Assembly (NCBI GenBank): GCA_002104905.1
Contig: MCFE01000379.1
Location: 20,254 to 84,253, forward strand
Reading direction: 5' to 3'
DNA from: Basidiobolus meristosporus CBS 931.73
Taxonomy: Eukaryota; Fungi; Basidiobolomycota
DNA length: 64,000 nt
Part shown: piece after piece, positions 61,941-64,000 of the stretch
Position numbering within the stretch: the stretch's first letter is position 1
How the letters are laid out: the number at the start of each line of letters is the position of its first letter
Notes under the pieces: model-generated
The model's input: the letters and a program-made list of their open reading frames with translations, nothing else
Told to the model about the DNA's origin: nothing
Databases searched by the model: none
Made by a program: the position numbers and the translations under genes

Positions 61941-62552
61941 TAGGGGAGGGAAAGTCACCAAGGTAGGTGAAATCTTTATTTGATTTCAGACAAGTCTAAC
62001 TACAAATAAAGAAGCCAGCTGGGAATAGAAGATTCCCAAAGTAAACACTAAGTTGAATATGAATAAATCTAAGCTAAAGTTAAGGCAGTATCCCAGAGTA
62101 CACTGGAGTTCAGGTTCATGGGGGAGTGAAGTAGATAAGCTTGAGAAATATAATAATCTTTAAGGAAGTGGATAACAGCAGGTGAAGGGGAGTTTTTGAT
62201 AAGTGAAGTGAATCTTGAGAGCAGAGATTCCTCTAATGAGAAGGTCTTGTAAACTGGAGAATCAGGAAACTCTTTGAAGGCATGGTCAGTAGGTTCCCAG
62301 TAAAACTGGTCAGAGACATTTTGAGAGAATTGTGTTGCAATACTTTTGTCAAGTACTACCTCCAGAGTGTGATGGTTGATAAATCTCATGTTAACAATTT
62401 TGGATAAATTGTAACCTTGTTGCTTGAGATACATCCTATGCTCAGATATGGGAATAAACTCCACATTGGCAAAGTAGCAGACAGTCCAGTCAGTAGCAGG
62501 AGGTAAATCAGAATTGGCAGGAAACTTTCTTTTAGTCTTGGGAGGAGCAGCA
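61941..62552 (-). mobile_element. Unit carrying a 5'-open ORF (about 160 codons, ORF1/gag-like by inference) plus the shared 3' tail
   Basis: Open frame from about 62550 to the stop at 62069 (AAPPKTKRK...WTVCYFANVEFIPISEHRMYLKQQGYNLSKIVNMRFINHHTLEVVL...), followed by the same hairpin and tail as the LINE. Confidence 0.6.
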
Positions 62553-63089
62553 CTTAGGGTTAGGGTAGGGGGGGAGGAAAGTCACCAAGTGGTGAAATCT
62601 TTATTTACTTATGACAAGCATCTAAAGAAGCCAAGTTAATCTGAAGTAATTCCTAGAAAGCTAGGTCTGAGAGATATCTTCCTGGTAAGCCAGGTCTGAG
62701 AGTTGAGAAGCTGAGTGGTACTATATTTCCTAGTTAGCTAGGTCTGAGAGAGGTTTCCTGGAAAGCCAGGCCTGAGAAGTGAGAATCTGAATATATCTGA
62801 GCTAAGTTATCATGGTTTGCGGTAGCTGAATTGTGGCCGGAATGGCCAGTAGACTGGGGGAACTGAGATGTATTTCTGGGCGATCACTGGCCAAATTTAC
62901 TAGGCAAATCTGGCCAATTAGCATTTCAAGGATTTCAGCCAATCAGAGCCTTTACTTTGCCCGATGGTTGATCAAGCCATCTCCCAATGAGCACACATCA
63001 ATTTATTGATCAAATTTTGCTGGATCCAGGATTTGAACCCACAACCATGGGTATGGAAGGGTTAGGGATAACCACAAGGCTAAGTGTTC
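62553..63089 (-). mobile_element. tRNA-headed SINE-like unit, copy 2
   Basis: Offset exactly 1200 bp from copy 1; about 12 mismatches over 490 bp by eye. Confidence 0.8.
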
Positions 63090-64000
63090 TTGGTTAGGGG
63101 GGGAGACAGTCACCAACAGGTGAAATCTTTATTTCAGTTGAAACAAAGAAGCCAGCGCTACTGTTGTAGCTTTGATACAAGAGTGTATAGCTGAGGGGAA
63201 TTTGTAGGTAAGTTAATAAGAAGTGATGATAGTTCTTCAGTGCTCAAGACACTGTTCAGTGGGAAGGGGGGTAGCAAGAGAGGTAAGAATGACTTGTGAA
63301 CAACATTAATGAGGGGAATGTGATAAGGATTGATATTCATCATAAAGGGAGTGTGCTGCTGCAGATATTGCTGCCAAAGGTCTGTCAAGTACTTCAGGTA
63401 GGCCAGCTTGGGTTTTTCTGACTGCAGAATATAGTGAGCAAACTTCTTGACTTCAGGATCTCCAAGTATAGTTCTCCAGCAGGAGTCAGGTGTTGTGTGG
63501 TGTGTTCTCTTCCAGGCCTTAATCAGTGGGTTGTTGCAGTTGTGAAGTCTGAGGTATAATCTGGTTCTAAGGTAGAGAAGTCTGATCTTATAGGGCATAA
63601 ACCCAAAAGCACCAAGAATAGCATGTCTGTAGGGGCATTCAGGCAAATGAGGCACCAAGGAGGTAATGCACCATACTGCAAACTTGTCAAGCTTAGTGCA
63701 GTCTCTAGAAGTAAGAGAGAGAAGTGGTAAGCCAAATTCCAGGACAGGGAAGACAAACTGCTTGAGTAGAAGGAGGCAGCTGGGAGCTGAAGTTGTAGGA
63801 GGAGTAACAGCCAGTAGCTTGTGGAGTGCCTGTCTTGCCAGGATAATTCTCTTCTTCAGGTGTGCTCCAGAGTCTAGTCCAGTAGGAAGGAAAGGAAAGC
63901 CAAGATATGTAGCAGAAACCTGAGCAGGTAGAGTGGAGTTCTCCAAGTTGATGGGAGAGCCCAAAGGTACTGTCTTTGCAATGGAAAGCTGGAGATTATT
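63090..64000 (-). mobile_element. Second copy of the APE-RT LINE (3' part; continues beyond the window)
   Basis: Highly similar to 57783-58690; open ORF 63158-63964 (RT C-terminus); same UGUU-loop hairpin and tail. Confidence 0.9.

Noticed and set aside
57791-63128. The repeated hairpin module considered as a CRISPR array or hammerhead ribozyme
   Set aside because: Eukaryotic context, highly unequal spacers that are themselves mobile elements, no cas genes, and no CUGANGA core.

Overview
Eukaryotic, intron-rich fungal DNA. An early-diverging (non-Dikarya) lineage is inferred from the gene set, the short GT-AG introns and the TTAGGG-type repeats. The window has three zones. (1) 1-13 kb is a nest of one Ty1/copia family, with copies inserted inside copies and further hit by a MITE and a foreign solo LTR. 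(2) 13.7-52.8 kb is a compact gene island: coiled-coil protein, MetAP, GPD, aquaporin, HIS1, an inverted Ras pair, RPL28, condensin YCS4, SHMT, a FANCF-like gene, AlkB, bHLH, a tRNA(CGT), U6, LtrA, carbonic anhydrase and an RdRP with an altered catalytic motif. (3) 55.6-64 kb has more copia, broken at about 57,782 and followed by a same-polarity head-to-tail array of three different retroelement types: an APE-RT LINE, a tRNA-headed SINE and an ORF1-like-only unit. All three share one 3' hairpin and a telomeric (TAACCC)n tail. This array is the strongest candidate for an undescribed system: a multipartite, telomere-repeat-primed retrotransposon consortium reminiscent of HeT-A/TART. Coordinates, alignments and counts were done by eye, and family assignments come from recalled motifs, not database searches.
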